Virus record (IMG/VR): IMGVR_UViG_3300046832_001910 | Coordinates: 53,612-117,611 of that record | Source: a virus | DNA length: 64,000 bases | Reading direction: 5' to 3' (one strand) | Shown here: positions 20,030 through 30,102 of the stretch, piece by piece | How positions within the stretch are numbered: the stretch's first letter is position 1 | Layout: the number at the start of each line of letters is the position of its first letter | Translations under genes and position numbers: made by a program | Notes under the pieces: generated by a model | Databases searched by the model: none | Seen by the model: the letters and a program-made list of their open reading frames with translations, nothing else | What the model was told of the DNA's origin: nothing

Positions 20030-20263
20030 ATGCAACAACCAATGAACATGAATGTAGATCTTAATAGCACTACGGAGATTAAATGCGAGAACTGTGGTAA
20101 TGATACTTTTATTCCAATCTTTTATCTAAGAAAAGTTAGTAAACTTATTTCACCAGATGGTAATGATCGTATCCTTCCTATTGATACTCTTGCATGTCTT
20201 AAATGTAATCATGTAAATAAAGACTTTATCCCTGTACCAAAACAACCAAAACTAGAAAAATAA
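20030..20263 (+). CDS. zinc-ribbon protein
   Basis: CENC..CLKC. Confidence 0.7.
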   Translation: MQQPMNMNVDLNSTTEIKCENCGNDTFIPIFYLRKVSKLISPDGNDRILPIDTLACLKCNHVNKDFIPVPKQPKLEK

Positions 20264-20269
20264 ACAAAT

Positions 20270-20851
20270 ATGGAAAACGTTAAAGAAAACGAAGTAGTTC
20301 AAGAACCTCTTAAAAGGAGTGAGCTTATTGCTCAACAAAAGGAACTTTTAGAACTTAATGAAAAGCTTCTAAAAGAAATGCAAGAAAGAGAATATACGAT
20401 TGATCTTAACCACAAAAAGATTTTTGATCGTCTTATTAAATTCCTTGAAAAGGATGCCCCTTGGGGACATACCACTGCAACCGGTTTGGTTATGCTTTAT
20501 CATAATCTTCGCGAGCAGAAAGAAAAAGTTATTAAGGCAAAAGAATGGGATGGCAAAATTGATTTAAGAGCTGCCAATGTAACTATTCTTTGGTCAATGG
20601 TAACAAAAATGACAGGTAATGGATTCCATGAAGCCAAGGCATTTATTGAATTGATGGCAGTATGTGGAGAAAGTTTATCTAACGCTGTTCAGAAGGCTCA
20701 TTTAGATAATCAACAGCTTCGCGAAAATCATGCTCGCTTATCTCAAATCGATGATAAGTTATCAGATCCTACCACAATTAACGATATGGAAGATACTGCA
20801 GTTGAATCCGCATCAATTGCAGAAGAAGTAGATCCTATCATTGAAGCCTAA
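20270..20851 (+). CDS. hypothetical protein
   Basis: 193-aa ORF in operon. Confidence 0.65.
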   Translation: MENVKENEVVQEPLKRSELIAQQKELLELNEKLLKEMQEREYTIDLNHKKIFDRLIKFLEKDAPWGHTTATGLVMLYHNLREQKEKVIKAKEWDGKIDLRAANVTILWSMVTKMTGNGFHEAKAFIELMAVCGESLSNAVQKAHLDNQQLRENHARLSQIDDKLSDPTTINDMEDTAVESASIAEEVDPIIEA

Positions 20852-20854
20852 TCA

Positions 20855-21103
20855 ATGAGCTTCCACAAAAGGTACATTGATAATAACCAGGTTATATCTC
20901 TATTTAAAGCCGGCGGTGCTGAACGAGTTATAAAGTGGTATACTGGCAAGGTTGATGCTCTAATCCTAGAATCTGGTTTGGCATCTGACATTAATAAAAT
21001 TCTTAGTGATAGTGAATGGGCTATTCTAGGCGCTACCAAAATTTCCGAAGAAATTACAAATAGAATAAATCAGGAATTAGGAATTGAGGAAATAAAAAAA
21101 TAA
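20855..21103 (+). CDS. hypothetical protein
   Basis: ORF ending at the terminator. Confidence 0.6.
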   Translation: MSFHKRYIDNNQVISLFKAGGAERVIKWYTGKVDALILESGLASDINKILSDSEWAILGATKISEEITNRINQELGIEEIKK

Positions 21104-21125
21104 GGGACTTCGGTCCCTTTTTATT
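21102..21125 (+). terminator. intrinsic terminator
   Basis: AAGGGAC-TTCG-GTCCCTT then T tract. Confidence 0.9.
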
Positions 21126-21167
21126 TCTCTATGTCATGACGGATAAATAAAAAAAGATAATATCAAC

Positions 21168-21875
21168 GTGAAATTTATTAAGAACTTTGTTAATTTCTTA
21201 ACAGAAAAGAAAGAAGAAGATTTTGAGGACAAAATAAAGGGCCACGGATATTTTAAGGGAATATCTCAATCAACTGCTCGTAAAAAGCTATCTCAAATGA
21301 AAGACCAGGCAGATAAGCCTGATGATGATCCATCTGCATATAAAGAATTACCTGGTGATACAAAGGGAAAGAAACTTCTAAAAACATCCAAGCATACTAA
21401 AACATATCAGGATCTTTATGGTGATGAAGAAAAAGAAAAGAATGAATCAATCATTAATTGGGAACTTCATCAAAAGCTTAAAGGTAATGATATTAAGATA
21501 GAGAAAGAATTTTATCAATTTCCTTATCTTTTAAATGAAGATGATGCAGGTGGAGATCGTTCGCCTATTGATAATCCTGATATTGAAACCGCTCTTAAAA
21601 ATAAGAGTGAAGAAACTGGAGTACCGGTACCACTTCTTAGAATTGTAATGCGTCGTGGTATGGCTGCATGGAAAAGTGGTCATCGTCCGGGTGCAGGGCA
21701 AGAACAGTGGGGATATGCAAGAGTTAATTCATTCCTAACACAAGCTCCAGGTACATGGGGTAGACCTATTAAAGATCCACAAAAGAATGGTCCTAAAGGT
21801 GCTTATGGTGCAGATGCCGATGTTGCTCAAGAGGTAATTAAAGGTGGCCATGATAAAAACCTAAAAAAGAAATAA
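21168..21875 (+). CDS. putative internal head protein
   Basis: Leader MKFIKNFVNFLTE; RRGMAAWKSGHRPG..WGYARVNSF domain recalled from other phages. Confidence 0.7.
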   Translation: MKFIKNFVNFLTEKKEEDFEDKIKGHGYFKGISQSTARKKLSQMKDQADKPDDDPSAYKELPGDTKGKKLLKTSKHTKTYQDLYGDEEKEKNESIINWELHQKLKGNDIKIEKEFYQFPYLLNEDDAGGDRSPIDNPDIETALKNKSEETGVPVPLLRIVMRRGMAAWKSGHRPGAGQEQWGYARVNSFLTQAPGTWGRPIKDPQKNGPKGAYGADADVAQEVIKGGHDKNLKKK

Positions 21876-21876
21876 G

Positions 21877-22323
21877 ATGAAATCAATAAAACTTTTTGAA
21901 GAATTTAAGGAGGCAACATCTTGCCCAGTTCCTACTAAAGATTTAGAAGTAAATACAAAAAATCGTGATCGTGCAATAAAGGCTGAGTATATTGAATATG
22001 GCCCTCTTAATGTTGATGAGCCTGCAGGATTTTGGGAACATATAGCAGATCATTGGAACACCAGTGTTGAAGCTGCTAAAAAATCTACCTGTGGTAATTG
22101 CGTTGCATTTGATATATCACCAAGAATGTTGGATTGTATGCCAGGTGAAATTAGTGATAAAGATGGTAAGTTAGGTTATTGCTGGATGCATCACTTTAAA
22201 TGCCACTCTGCTCGTACATGTTACACATGGGCAAAAGGTGGTCCTATAACAGAAGATAAGGTATCTTATAATTGGCAAGAAAAGAACCTTGACGCTGCAA
22301 ACAATCCAGATCCTATTAAGTAA
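21877..22323 (+). CDS. putative internal head protein, Cys-rich metal-binding
   Basis: Leader MKSIKLFEEFKE; CGNC..YCWMHHFKCHSARTC. Confidence 0.7.
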   Translation: MKSIKLFEEFKEATSCPVPTKDLEVNTKNRDRAIKAEYIEYGPLNVDEPAGFWEHIADHWNTSVEAAKKSTCGNCVAFDISPRMLDCMPGEISDKDGKLGYCWMHHFKCHSARTCYTWAKGGPITEDKVSYNWQEKNLDAANNPDPIK

Positions 22324-22327
22324 GCCT

Positions 22328-22870
22328 ATGAAATTTGTAAAAAACTTTAATGATTATCATAAGGTCTCTGAAGGCCTTAAGTATCATGTTGAAAATGGAT
22401 TGGACTTAACCAACTCGGTTTATCGTTTAGGTTCAGATTCTTATGCTGATCTCTTTGAAGAGGTTAAGCAATATTGGGATAAAGGAAATATCATTCTAAA
22501 CGGAAAGAGTGGTTGGATGGCAAAGAATCTTGAGGTTGGAAAACCTGCTGTCTATAATGATAGAAAAACCGGAAGAACTACCAAAGTAAAACTGGATTCA
22601 CCAGAGCGTGGTGGAAATAAAAAGTTTATTGTTTATCGTAATAGTGGCCGTACTGATGAAAATGGCAATGTTATTGCAAAAAAGATTGAATGGGGCGATC
22701 CTAATCTTAGTGTAAAGAATGATGATCCAGGCAGGGCTGCATCTTTTTGGGCTCGTCATGGTTGCGATAAAGCTGAAAAAATGGATCCTAATAAGGCCGG
22801 TTTTTGGGCATGTTATGGCCCAAGCCTATTTGGAAAACAGTTAGGTTTAAGTAGTACTGAACCTTGGTAA
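22328..22870 (+). CDS. putative internal head protein
   Basis: ATG 22328, MKFVKNFNDY..VSE; SFWARHGC..AGFWAC. Confidence 0.7.
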   Translation: MKFVKNFNDYHKVSEGLKYHVENGLDLTNSVYRLGSDSYADLFEEVKQYWDKGNIILNGKSGWMAKNLEVGKPAVYNDRKTGRTTKVKLDSPERGGNKKFIVYRNSGRTDENGNVIAKKIEWGDPNLSVKNDDPGRAASFWARHGCDKAEKMDPNKAGFWACYGPSLFGKQLGLSSTEPW

Positions 22871-22900
22871 ATAAATAAAACAAATAAATTAAAGAATATT

Positions 22901-24256
22901 ATGAGACACATTCCAAGTTACTCGGAATTTAAGAAAATTAATGAAGCATTTGCAACTTCAATGACTACAGTTCAGACTGAAAGTAAACTTAATCAAGCTG
23001 CAGATATTATTACAAATTTCCTAAATAAGAAAACAGGTAAGGCATTCAAAAAGTTTCCTTTTCTGGTTTATTCAAACGGTACTCCAGGTATTATGCTTTA
23101 TAGCGATAAAGATAATTCTGCTGTAAGAATTAGTGGTGGTTCTGGCCATTTCCCTGGTGTGGTTGGTCAATTGGACTATTTTTCTGATGGAGCTTCTTAC
23201 AATGCAGATTTCTCTGTAAGTAGCCAAACATTTCCAATTGTAGCATTACTTAATGAATTTGTTAAATTAATCAATGAGCCTTCATATGCAGGCGAAGTTG
23301 AAAGTTTAACTGAATCAATGGTTAATGAAGCAACTAAATCTTTTTCACCTGCTGAACAGAAAACAATTTTAGCACGTTTGGACAAAGGAGAAAGTGGTGC
23401 TGCTATTGCAAGAGACATGGGGGTATCATACGGAATGATTTTACAGCTTAAGAGAAATGTAAGTGTTCCTGAAGATGTTAATCCTGCTGTAAAGGCAAAT
23501 GAAATGACCTTAGAGGATAAAGTTAAATTACTTGATGAAACATTAGATGACCTTTATGAAATCACAAGAAGACTTGCCGCAGGTGCATTTACCTCTTTAA
23601 TGGTTTCAGGTAGAGCAGGTACTGGTAAAACATTCTCTGTTACTAAAGCTTTAAAGGATGAAGGATTAGTTGAGGATGATGACTTTATCGTTGTATCTGG
23701 TGCGGTATCAGTTATTATGATGTATAAGAAAATGTATCAGTACAGAAACCAAGTTCTTGTATTTGATGACTGTGATGCTGTATTCCGTGATGAGAACGGT
23801 CGTAACATTCTAAAGGCTGCTCTTGATACCAAAAAGGTTAGAAGAATTAGTTATCTTAAGAAGAGCGGATTAGTATTTGACCCTAAAGATTTTGAAAATA
23901 ATCCAGAAGGCGAATTTAATGCAATTGAAAATGGATTAGTTCCAGCATATTTTGATTTTGGTGGTCGTGTGGTATTCATTTCAAACCTACCAAAAGATAA
24001 AGCTGATCCTGATGGAGCAATTCGTTCAAGATCAATTTTATTAGATGTTAACCCAGATGATATGACTCTGATGGAAAGAATTAAGATTCTTTTGCCAGAT
24101 CTTGAACCAAGAGATATGCCTTTAAAGGATAAAGAAGAAATATTTGAATTTATGAAGCGTGCAAAGGATGTATCAATGAGAACTTTTGTTAAAGCTGCAG
24201 GATTCAAACAAGCCGGTCTTAGAAACTGGGAAAGAATGGCACAAAGATACCTGTAA
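22901..24256 (+). CDS. HTH-AAA+ ATPase with capsid-targeting-like leader
   Basis: GRAGTGKT, VFDDCD, AIRSRS; HTH SGAAIARDMGVSYGMI; leader MRHIPSYSEFKKINE. Confidence 0.75.
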   Translation: MRHIPSYSEFKKINEAFATSMTTVQTESKLNQAADIITNFLNKKTGKAFKKFPFLVYSNGTPGIMLYSDKDNSAVRISGGSGHFPGVVGQLDYFSDGASYNADFSVSSQTFPIVALLNEFVKLINEPSYAGEVESLTESMVNEATKSFSPAEQKTILARLDKGESGAAIARDMGVSYGMILQLKRNVSVPEDVNPAVKANEMTLEDKVKLLDETLDDLYEITRRLAAGAFTSLMVSGRAGTGKTFSVTKALKDEGLVEDDDFIVVSGAVSVIMMYKKMYQYRNQVLVFDDCDAVFRDENGRNILKAALDTKKVRRISYLKKSGLVFDPKDFENNPEGEFNAIENGLVPAYFDFGGRVVFISNLPKDKADPDGAIRSRSILLDVNPDDMTLMERIKILLPDLEPRDMPLKDKEEIFEFMKRAKDVSMRTFVKAAGFKQAGLRNWERMAQRYL

Positions 24257-24258
24257 TT

Positions 24259-25941
24259 ATGAAACATATTAATAACTACGACAATTACAAAAATTTAATT
24301 AAAGAAGCGGTTAGCGTTAGAACTGACCGTTATAAGAGATCTCATGGTAAAGAACCTCGTGGTAATGGTCTATGGGCCTTTTACTTTGATGATAAAGAAG
24401 GTGATCCTATATTTACGCCAGGTGCAATGAATTATTCTGATGCTATTAAATGGGCAAAAGAAGAAGCTAAAAAAGCAGGTAAATCTGTTATTTATGTTGG
24501 GGAATCGGTAAATGAAGCTGCACGAGTAGGTAAATCTTCATGGAAATCTGTATTATCTGATCTTGAAGATGAAGGATGGGACGTAAGCGGTAATACAGCA
24601 ACACAAGAAGTTGATTCGGAAAAAGATCCTGAAGGATACGTTACTGTTGAACTTACAAGTAAAGGTGGTGATTATGTAAAGTATACCCTTAAAAGTTCAA
24701 AAGGCAAAGTAATTGATACCGATGAGATTGACGCCGAAGGTTTAAGTGCAGGTGAACTTAATAATGAAATTTGGCATTATATTAAGGAATCAGTAAATGA
24801 AGCCTCTACCGTGAAGGATGAAGTTATCTCAAGACTATCTGATTTTTTTAGAGTATCCCCTAATGCCTTAAAGAAATTTAACTTTGATGGTAAAGATAAC
24901 ATTAAAGAATTAACTAAAGCATTAAACTCAACATCTGACCAAGGTACTGAAATGTACTATAAAGTTGCAATTGATTTAGCCAAAAAGGATTTAGGAGAAT
25001 CTGTTAGTGAAGGACAAGAACTTATCTTTGATATTGTAGAACCTGAATTTAACGATCTTAAAGGTAAACTAGATAATCTTAATAAGAAGACAGTTGATCT
25101 AAAGTGGAGAAAGGCTCTGGACCAAATTCAACGAGAAGTTGAAAAACTTGAATTCTTTATTTCAAAATATGATCGCCAATTAGGTGCAATTGAAACTAAT
25201 GAATCAGTTAATGAAGCATGGTTTGGTCCATTTCAATTTAATGATAAAATGTCAGATGAAGAACTAAAAACAATGTATAATGATGCTGTAAACGGATATG
25301 CATATTGGAAAAAGGGATTGCAGTATCCTAAATCAGATTATAAGAAAGCATACCAGGAAATTGAAAAGATCCTAAAGAAAAGAGGGGTAAAGGTAGATGA
25401 ATCTGCTATTAATGAAAAGGAATACTCTGATGAAGAAAGAAAGGCTCTTGCTGATAAAGGTCTTGCTCTCCCTGATGGTAGTTTTCCTATAAAGAACCTA
25501 GATGATCTTAAAAATGCTATTCAAGCATATGGCCGTTCAAAGGATCAATCTGCTACTGCAAAATTTATTGTTAAGAGAGCCAAGGCTTTAAGCGCTGAGG
25601 ATCTTATACCGGATACGGCTGACTTTCAAAAGGCTCTTAAAGAAACTCTTACTGAAGGAAATGCTTTTCTTGCCGCAAGAGCTAAGGCAATTGAAGAAGA
25701 CCTTGAAGAGTTTGAATTTAATGGTAAGAAATATCCTGTTCTAAATAGGCCTAAGATGGTTAAAGAAGAATTAGATCATAAGGATGCAATGGCAATCATT
25801 AATGCTGCAGGGCAATTCACATCAACTGCCGATGAGGCTGCTGACCAAATGTGGAAGGATAAAGAAGACCTAGTTGATTATCTTTTATCGGATCATATCC
25901 CTAAAAAGTATCATTCACAATTCTTAAAATCAATTAAATAG
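24259..25941 (+). CDS. modular internal head polyprotein
   Basis: Leader MKHINNYDNY..IKE; six ESVNE-type linkers. Confidence 0.7.
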   Translation: MKHINNYDNYKNLIKEAVSVRTDRYKRSHGKEPRGNGLWAFYFDDKEGDPIFTPGAMNYSDAIKWAKEEAKKAGKSVIYVGESVNEAARVGKSSWKSVLSDLEDEGWDVSGNTATQEVDSEKDPEGYVTVELTSKGGDYVKYTLKSSKGKVIDTDEIDAEGLSAGELNNEIWHYIKESVNEASTVKDEVISRLSDFFRVSPNALKKFNFDGKDNIKELTKALNSTSDQGTEMYYKVAIDLAKKDLGESVSEGQELIFDIVEPEFNDLKGKLDNLNKKTVDLKWRKALDQIQREVEKLEFFISKYDRQLGAIETNESVNEAWFGPFQFNDKMSDEELKTMYNDAVNGYAYWKKGLQYPKSDYKKAYQEIEKILKKRGVKVDESAINEKEYSDEERKALADKGLALPDGSFPIKNLDDLKNAIQAYGRSKDQSATAKFIVKRAKALSAEDLIPDTADFQKALKETLTEGNAFLAARAKAIEEDLEEFEFNGKKYPVLNRPKMVKEELDHKDAMAIINAAGQFTSTADEAADQMWKDKEDLVDYLLSDHIPKKYHSQFLKSIK

Positions 25942-25942
25942 A

Positions 25943-26908
25943 ATGAAGTATTTTAATACATACCAAGAATTCCTAAATGAAAAGTATATTTATCCTGATA
26001 ATGTAAAAGTAACTGGTGATAAGATACTTGATAAATTTGCAAAATTAATTCATACTCCCTCTGGTACTGTAAAGATTATGTCTTGGGCAGTACAAGGTCT
26101 TTCTGTTCCTTTTATGAATGGTCCTCAGACTTTTTCTGTTACAGGAAACCCATCAGAAGATACTTATGCAATTCGTACCTCTAACGGTTTATTTAGACTA
26201 AAGAAGGATCAAATTAAAAAGGCTGAAGAACTGTATGACGAAGTTGAATCACTGGTACAGGCAGGTAAACCTAAAAGAAGTGTTGAAGAATCTTTAAGCG
26301 AATCTATTAATATTAAAGATATTAAAGTAGGTACGATTCTAAACTTTAAAGATGGCGAAGTGTGGAAGGTTACAAAGATTGCTGGTCCTTCATCAAATCC
26401 TAGAGGGTTTTTTGCCAAACCACACGATGAAAAGACAAAGAAGGCTAATACATCTGTTGAGATTGAGCTAAAGCCCGACTTTTTACAAAAAGAATTAGAA
26501 TCTTTAAATGAATCGTCTCAGATTAAAGTAGGCACTTTCGTTAGATATAAAAAAGATAAAGATTTTACAGGAGGAAAGGTAATATCTATTAACGGTGGCA
26601 ATGTAGAAATCCACAACTGGGACGGATCTACAATTGAATTACCTATCAAGGATTTAGAATATGTAAAATCTTGGAATGAATCTATTGATTCTGCTATAAA
26701 AATTCTTAAAAAAGAAAACATTATGGCATATCCTAATCCCGAAGATTTGGCAAAAGCAATTCATAAGCATTATAAAGAAATTACTGGTAATAAATACGAA
26801 GATGCCGTTGAAATGTCAATGAATGATAAAGTGGCTGATATCGTATCATACTTTAAAATTGACGGTTCTGATTTTATGTCCGCTTGGGATAAAACAATAA
26901 AAGATTAA
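25943..26908 (+). CDS. modular internal head protein
   Basis: Leader MKYFNTYQEFLNE; linkers ESLSE, ESLNE, NES; two SH3/KOW-like modules (IKVGT..). Confidence 0.7.
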   Translation: MKYFNTYQEFLNEKYIYPDNVKVTGDKILDKFAKLIHTPSGTVKIMSWAVQGLSVPFMNGPQTFSVTGNPSEDTYAIRTSNGLFRLKKDQIKKAEELYDEVESLVQAGKPKRSVEESLSESINIKDIKVGTILNFKDGEVWKVTKIAGPSSNPRGFFAKPHDEKTKKANTSVEIELKPDFLQKELESLNESSQIKVGTFVRYKKDKDFTGGKVISINGGNVEIHNWDGSTIELPIKDLEYVKSWNESIDSAIKILKKENIMAYPNPEDLAKAIHKHYKEITGNKYEDAVEMSMNDKVADIVSYFKIDGSDFMSAWDKTIKD

Positions 26909-26910
26909 TT

Positions 26911-27327
26911 ATGATAACTACATTTAACAATTTCGTAAACGAAAATTTTGGAGAAGCACAAGATCTTTATGGATCATTTTTTGTGGCTATGTTAGGACTT
27001 AGAGATCAAGCTCATGTCTTCCATTGGCAAACAGAATCATTTGCACAACATAGTGCATTTGGCGGATTTTATGATACCTACCTAGACCTAGTTGATAAAC
27101 TAGCAGAATCCCTAATCGGTGTTCATGGAAGACCTTCTTTTATGGAAGCTGAAATTGAATTATCTGGTTATAGCGACCAAAACATTATGATCTTTATAGA
27201 AAAAGCATATGAACTATTCTTAGGCCAAGGTACTGAATTGGCTGGAGGTAACTCCGAGATTAAGAATATCATTGATGAGATTATTGCTGAACTTGATAAA
27301 CTAAAGTATCTTCTTACACTAAAATAA
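26911..27327 (+). CDS. Dps/ferritin-like four-helix protein
   Basis: HVFHWQT..H..Y..DKLAE..KLKYLLTL; leader MITTFNNFVNE. Confidence 0.75.
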   Translation: MITTFNNFVNENFGEAQDLYGSFFVAMLGLRDQAHVFHWQTESFAQHSAFGGFYDTYLDLVDKLAESLIGVHGRPSFMEAEIELSGYSDQNIMIFIEKAYELFLGQGTELAGGNSEIKNIIDEIIAELDKLKYLLTLK

Positions 27328-27623
27328 TGAAACACGTAAAACTGTTTGAGGCATGGTTAAATGAAGGAAAGCCTAAAGGTGCTCCTGACTGGCATGATTC
27401 AGATGCCCCTGATGCAGAAGGCCGTTTTCGTGATCTTAATCCAAAAGAACTTGCTGCATGGCTAATTAAAACCAGAAAAGGTGATCTTAAAAGGATAAGT
27501 GGATCATTAACTCAACAGGTTGTATTTAACCGCAATGATGATCCTGCATATGCAGATAAAATGGAAAGAACCAGAAAAGAAGTTTATAAACAATTAGGTA
27601 GAGAAGATCTCTTAAAGAAATAG
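27327..27623 (+). CDS. putative internal head protein
   Basis: Leader MKHVKLFEAWLNE. Confidence 0.65.
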   Translation: MKHVKLFEAWLNEGKPKGAPDWHDSDAPDAEGRFRDLNPKELAAWLIKTRKGDLKRISGSLTQQVVFNRNDDPAYADKMERTRKEVYKQLGREDLLKK

Positions 27624-27625
27624 TT

Positions 27626-27973
27626 ATGGGTTGTAAATGTAAAGATTGTAAATGCAATGAAATGACAAATGAACAGATCATTTCGCAAATGGATGATCAG
27701 ACCAAACCTTACGTAGAAACCATCATAGATAGAAATATAAGAATAAGACATTTTGATACTCGTTATGGGGATCATTTGTTTAAATGGCACTGGGATGAAG
27801 AAGATCGTTGGATTGAACCAACTGGTGAAACTGATTGGACTTTTCAATTTGATGATGAACTACCTCAATCCCTAGAACCTAATAAAATCATTATGATACC
27901 TAAAGGAGTTTATCATAGACTTATTAAAGGTACTCATATTTTATCTCTTAAAATATCAACAATTCCTTACTAA
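27626..27973 (+). CDS. cupin-like protein
   Basis: WHWDEEDR..IPKGVYHRLIKG. Confidence 0.7.
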   Translation: MGCKCKDCKCNEMTNEQIISQMDDQTKPYVETIIDRNIRIRHFDTRYGDHLFKWHWDEEDRWIEPTGETDWTFQFDDELPQSLEPNKIIMIPKGVYHRLIKGTHILSLKISTIPY

Positions 27974-27982
27974 TCTGTTCTT

Positions 27983-28008
27983 AAACCATTTTCAATATAT
28001 GAGTATAA
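27983..28008 (+). promoter_or_regulatory. class II promoter
   Basis: AAAC-N17-TATAA upstream of the Clp ATPase. Confidence 0.6.
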
Positions 28009-28025
28009 TTAATATACTTTGAAAT

Positions 28026-30050
28026 ATGGGAGAAATATATCCAGACGATAATAGAGAACAGGAATCTCAAAAGCAATTTAAGCCAAAAAGGTCAACTCTA
28101 CAGATCTTAGAAACATACGGAACAAACATCAGTAAGTTGGCAACAGAAGGTAAACTTGACCCTGTTGTTGGTAGAGAAGAGGAGATTCTTAGAACAATAC
28201 AGATCCTTGGTAGACGCAGAAAAAATAACCCAGTTCTTGTTGGAGAACCTGGTGTTGGTAAAACCGCTATCGTTGAAGGATTAGCAATGAGAATGATTGA
28301 AGGTAATGTACCTGCTTCATTACAAGGAAAAATCATTTATACTCTTGAGCTAGGTACGATTGTAGCCGGTACTAAATATCGTGGCCAATTTGAGGAGAGA
28401 ATGAAAGCCATCGTTGATGAGTTAATTGCTAATCCTCATGTAATTATTTTCATTGATGAATTACATACCCTTGTAGGCGCAGGCGGAACATCAGGTTCTT
28501 TGGATGCCTCAAACATTATTAAGCCTGCCTTGGCACGTGGAGATATCCGCTGTATTGGAGCAACTACTTTTGATGAGTTTAGAGAAAATATTGAACAAGA
28601 TGGCGCCTTAGACCGAAGATTCCAAAAAGTAGTGGTGGATCCTGCTACAACCGAAGAAACCCAAATCATTTTAACAAACATTAAACATAAGTATGAATCG
28701 TTTCACAATGTTTCATACTCTGAAGAAATCATTTCTCTTATTGTTAAATTGGCGGATCAATACATAATGGAAAGGTTCTTACCAGATAAAGCCGTAGATA
28801 TATTGGATGAGGTAGGTTCTTTTAAACATTTAAGTAATATGAAGGTTCCAAAGAAGATAAAAACTTTAGAGGAAAAGCTTCATAATAAAGAAGCAGATAA
28901 AAATGCGGCTGTGGCCAGACAAAATTATGAAGCGGCTGCAAAAGAACGAGATATTTGTATACAATTAAAAGATCAAATTCAAAGAGAATATTCTATTTGG
29001 AAAAGAGACATATCCGAAAACAAACTTGAAATTACAACAGATGATGTTCTTACTGTAGTGTCAAAAGGAACCGGCATTCCTTTAGAAAAAATTAGTGATA
29101 AGGAAAACAAAAACCTAATAGGTCTTAATGATCATTTATCATCTCGTGTGATTGGTCAAAAGGAAGCCATTGATAAAATTTCAATAACAATCCAAAGAAA
29201 CCGAGTAGGTATTAGAAAGAGAGACCGTACAGTTGGAAACTTTATTTTCTTAGGTCCTACTGGTGTTGGTAAAACCCAGTTGGCTAAAGAGATCGCAAGT
29301 TATATGTATAGCTCTGAAGATAGTCTTATTAGAATAGACATGTCAGAGTATATGGAACCTCATTCTGTCTCTAAGTTAATTGGATCCCCTCCTGGATATG
29401 TTGGACACGAATCTGGTGGGTTTCTAACGGAGCAGGTAAAGAGAAAACCACATTCTGTTATATTATTTGATGAAGTAGAAAAAGCTCATCCAGAAGTGTT
29501 TAATGTGCTCTTACAAATGTTAGATGATGGGCGGCTTACTGATTCTCTTGGTAGGACTATTGATTTTAGAAACTGTTTGGTTATCTTAACCTCTAATACA
29601 GGAAGTAGAAAACTTGAAGAGTTTGGAGAAGGGATTGGATTTAGACCATCTTCAACAATTGCTGAAAAGACCCATGCTGAAAAGGAGGTTCTAAAGAAAG
29701 CTCTAAATCATAAATTTTCTCCAGAGTTCTTAAATCGTATTGATGAAATTATTATCTTTAATAAGTTATCTAAAGAGGATGTATTTTACATTTTGGATAA
29801 TGAATGTAATGAACTTAAAGATAACCTATTTGAGGTTGGTGAATATGATTTTAGAATTAGTAAGGCTGCAAAAGAAATTATCATAAATGAAGGTTATGAT
29901 CCTAAGTTTGGTGCTCGTCCGCTAAAAAGAACTCTTGAAAGACTGATTGAAAATCCTATAGCTGAAATGATACTTAAAGGCCAATTACAACCAGGCGATA
30001 AGATTAAAGTTGGGGTAGTCAAGGAATCAATAAAAATTGAAAAAGGTTAA
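28026..30050 (+). CDS. clpC: ClpC-like double AAA+ ATPase lacking the N-domain
   Basis: [16 protein letters not shown]-like [30 protein letters not shown] loop, GARPL. Confidence 0.88.
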   Translation: MGEIYPDDNREQESQKQFKPKRSTLQILETYGTNISKLATEGKLDPVVGREEEILRTIQILGRRRKNNPVLVGEPGVGKTAIVEGLAMRMIEGNVPASLQGKIIYTLELGTIVAGTKYRGQFEERMKAIVDELIANPHVIIFIDELHTLVGAGGTSGSLDASNIIKPALARGDIRCIGATTFDEFRENIEQDGALDRRFQKVVVDPATTEETQIILTNIKHKYESFHNVSYSEEIISLIVKLADQYIMERFLPDKAVDILDEVGSFKHLSNMKVPKKIKTLEEKLHNKEADKNAAVARQNYEAAAKERDICIQLKDQIQREYSIWKRDISENKLEITTDDVLTVVSKGTGIPLEKISDKENKNLIGLNDHLSSRVIGQKEAIDKISITIQRNRVGIRKRDRTVGNFIFLGPTGVGKTQLAKEIASYMYSSEDSLIRIDMSEYMEPHSVSKLIGSPPGYVGHESGGFLTEQVKRKPHSVILFDEVEKAHPEVFNVLLQMLDDGRLTDSLGRTIDFRNCLVILTSNTGSRKLEEFGEGIGFRPSSTIAEKTHAEKEVLKKALNHKFSPEFLNRIDEIIIFNKLSKEDVFYILDNECNELKDNLFEVGEYDFRISKAAKEIIINEGYDPKFGARPLKRTLERLIENPIAEMILKGQLQPGDKIKVGVVKESIKIEKG

Positions 30051-30074
30051 ACCTTTTAGGTATCTTACATATAA
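30049..30074 (+). promoter_or_regulatory. class II promoter
   Basis: AAAC-N17-TATAA. Confidence 0.6.
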
Positions 30075-30102
30075 AAATAAACCAGAATCTTATTTGTCAA
30101 AA

